A stretch of 64,000 nucleotides of DNA. Source: Felis catus (taxonomy: Eukaryota). The notes beneath the pieces are model-generated. The model saw nothing but the letters and a program-made list of their open reading frames with translations, did not search any database and was not told the DNA's origin. Every line of letters starts with the position of its first letter. The first letter of the stretch is position 1. The stretch covers positions 55,678,001 through 55,742,000 of the forward strand of contig NC_058382.1 of NCBI RefSeq assembly GCF_018350175.1. Reading direction: 5' to 3'. The translations under genes and the position numbers were made by a program. Shown piece after piece: positions 63,330 to 64,000 of the stretch.

Positions 63330-63990
63330 AGGTGAGTTTTCCTGATTCTTTAAAAACACAAGCCAGATCATGTCGTTCTTTGTTCAGAGCTATCTGATGG
63401 CCTTTTATCTTTCTCACAGTCAAGCCAAGCCCTAACAAGGCTCATGCTTGGTCTTATTCTGTCCCCCCTCACCAGCTGCCCTTGACTCTCTGGCTTTCTC
63501 ACTTTCTACTCTTGCCCTCGTTCACTCCACAGCAGCCACCGGGCCTCCTCGCTTACTGATTTTATTGTCTGTCTGCCCTGTCCCCCACCATGTGGCCAGC
63601 TTCTTAAACTCAGGACCTTTTTTTTCTGTTCTACTTGCTGCCCCTGGAGAAATATCTACGCATAGTAGGTACTCAGTAACTATCGTCTGAATTGAGTTGG
63701 TGCATTAACTCGTGAACGTGTGCATGCATTCATTTCTGCAACATTTAGAATGTGCACAAAGTGCCAGCTAGTGAAGAGGAGCTGCCGTGAGCAAGACAAG
63801 CTCCACATGGTCTGGGCCTCCAGTAGCTCATACCCTAGTGAGAAGAGCAGGCAAGCCAACAATAGCAATCCAATGTGATAATTACCATGAGGCTGTGTAA
63901 ACCCCGGGTGCGAAGGGAGCCTGGGGAGAGGGGAGACCAGCCAGGGGGGCTCAGGGTCCTTCCTGTTTCGGCACATGTGATTCCATCTGC
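63330..63990. mobile_element. Two L2 fragments tail to tail (+ ~63330-63700; - ~63725-63990)
   Basis: ttaaaaacacaagccagatcatgtc...catagtaggtactcagtaa; cattcatt...agctcataccctagtg. Confidence 0.7.
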
Positions 63991-64000
63991 AGACCCAACA

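Overview
This is mammalian nuclear DNA from a felid (cat family). The evidence is 24 tRNA-derived CanSINE copies of the feliform type, most with clear target-site duplications (TSDs), plus felid/carnivore L1 3' ends. About half the window is interspersed repeat: CanSINE, L1, L2, MIR, CR1/L3, MaLR/ERVL/ERV1 solo LTRs and hAT MITEs. The rest is unique non-coding sequence. I could not support any protein-coding gene, RNA gene or CRISPR-type system; the only ORFs with recognisable protein similarity are dead L1 ORF2 and CR1 reverse-transcriptase fragments. The window looks like a large intron or gene desert. I found no convincing new biological system. The best leads are a CanSINE with a four-fold tandem B-box segment, a readable CR1 RT fossil, an AT-rich palindrome, local tracts of AT-to-GC drift, an unclassified ~1 kb insert with degenerate inverted ends, and several enhancer-like unique blocks. 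Repeat family names come from my recollection of consensus sequences, not from a search, and boundaries without TSDs are approximate.
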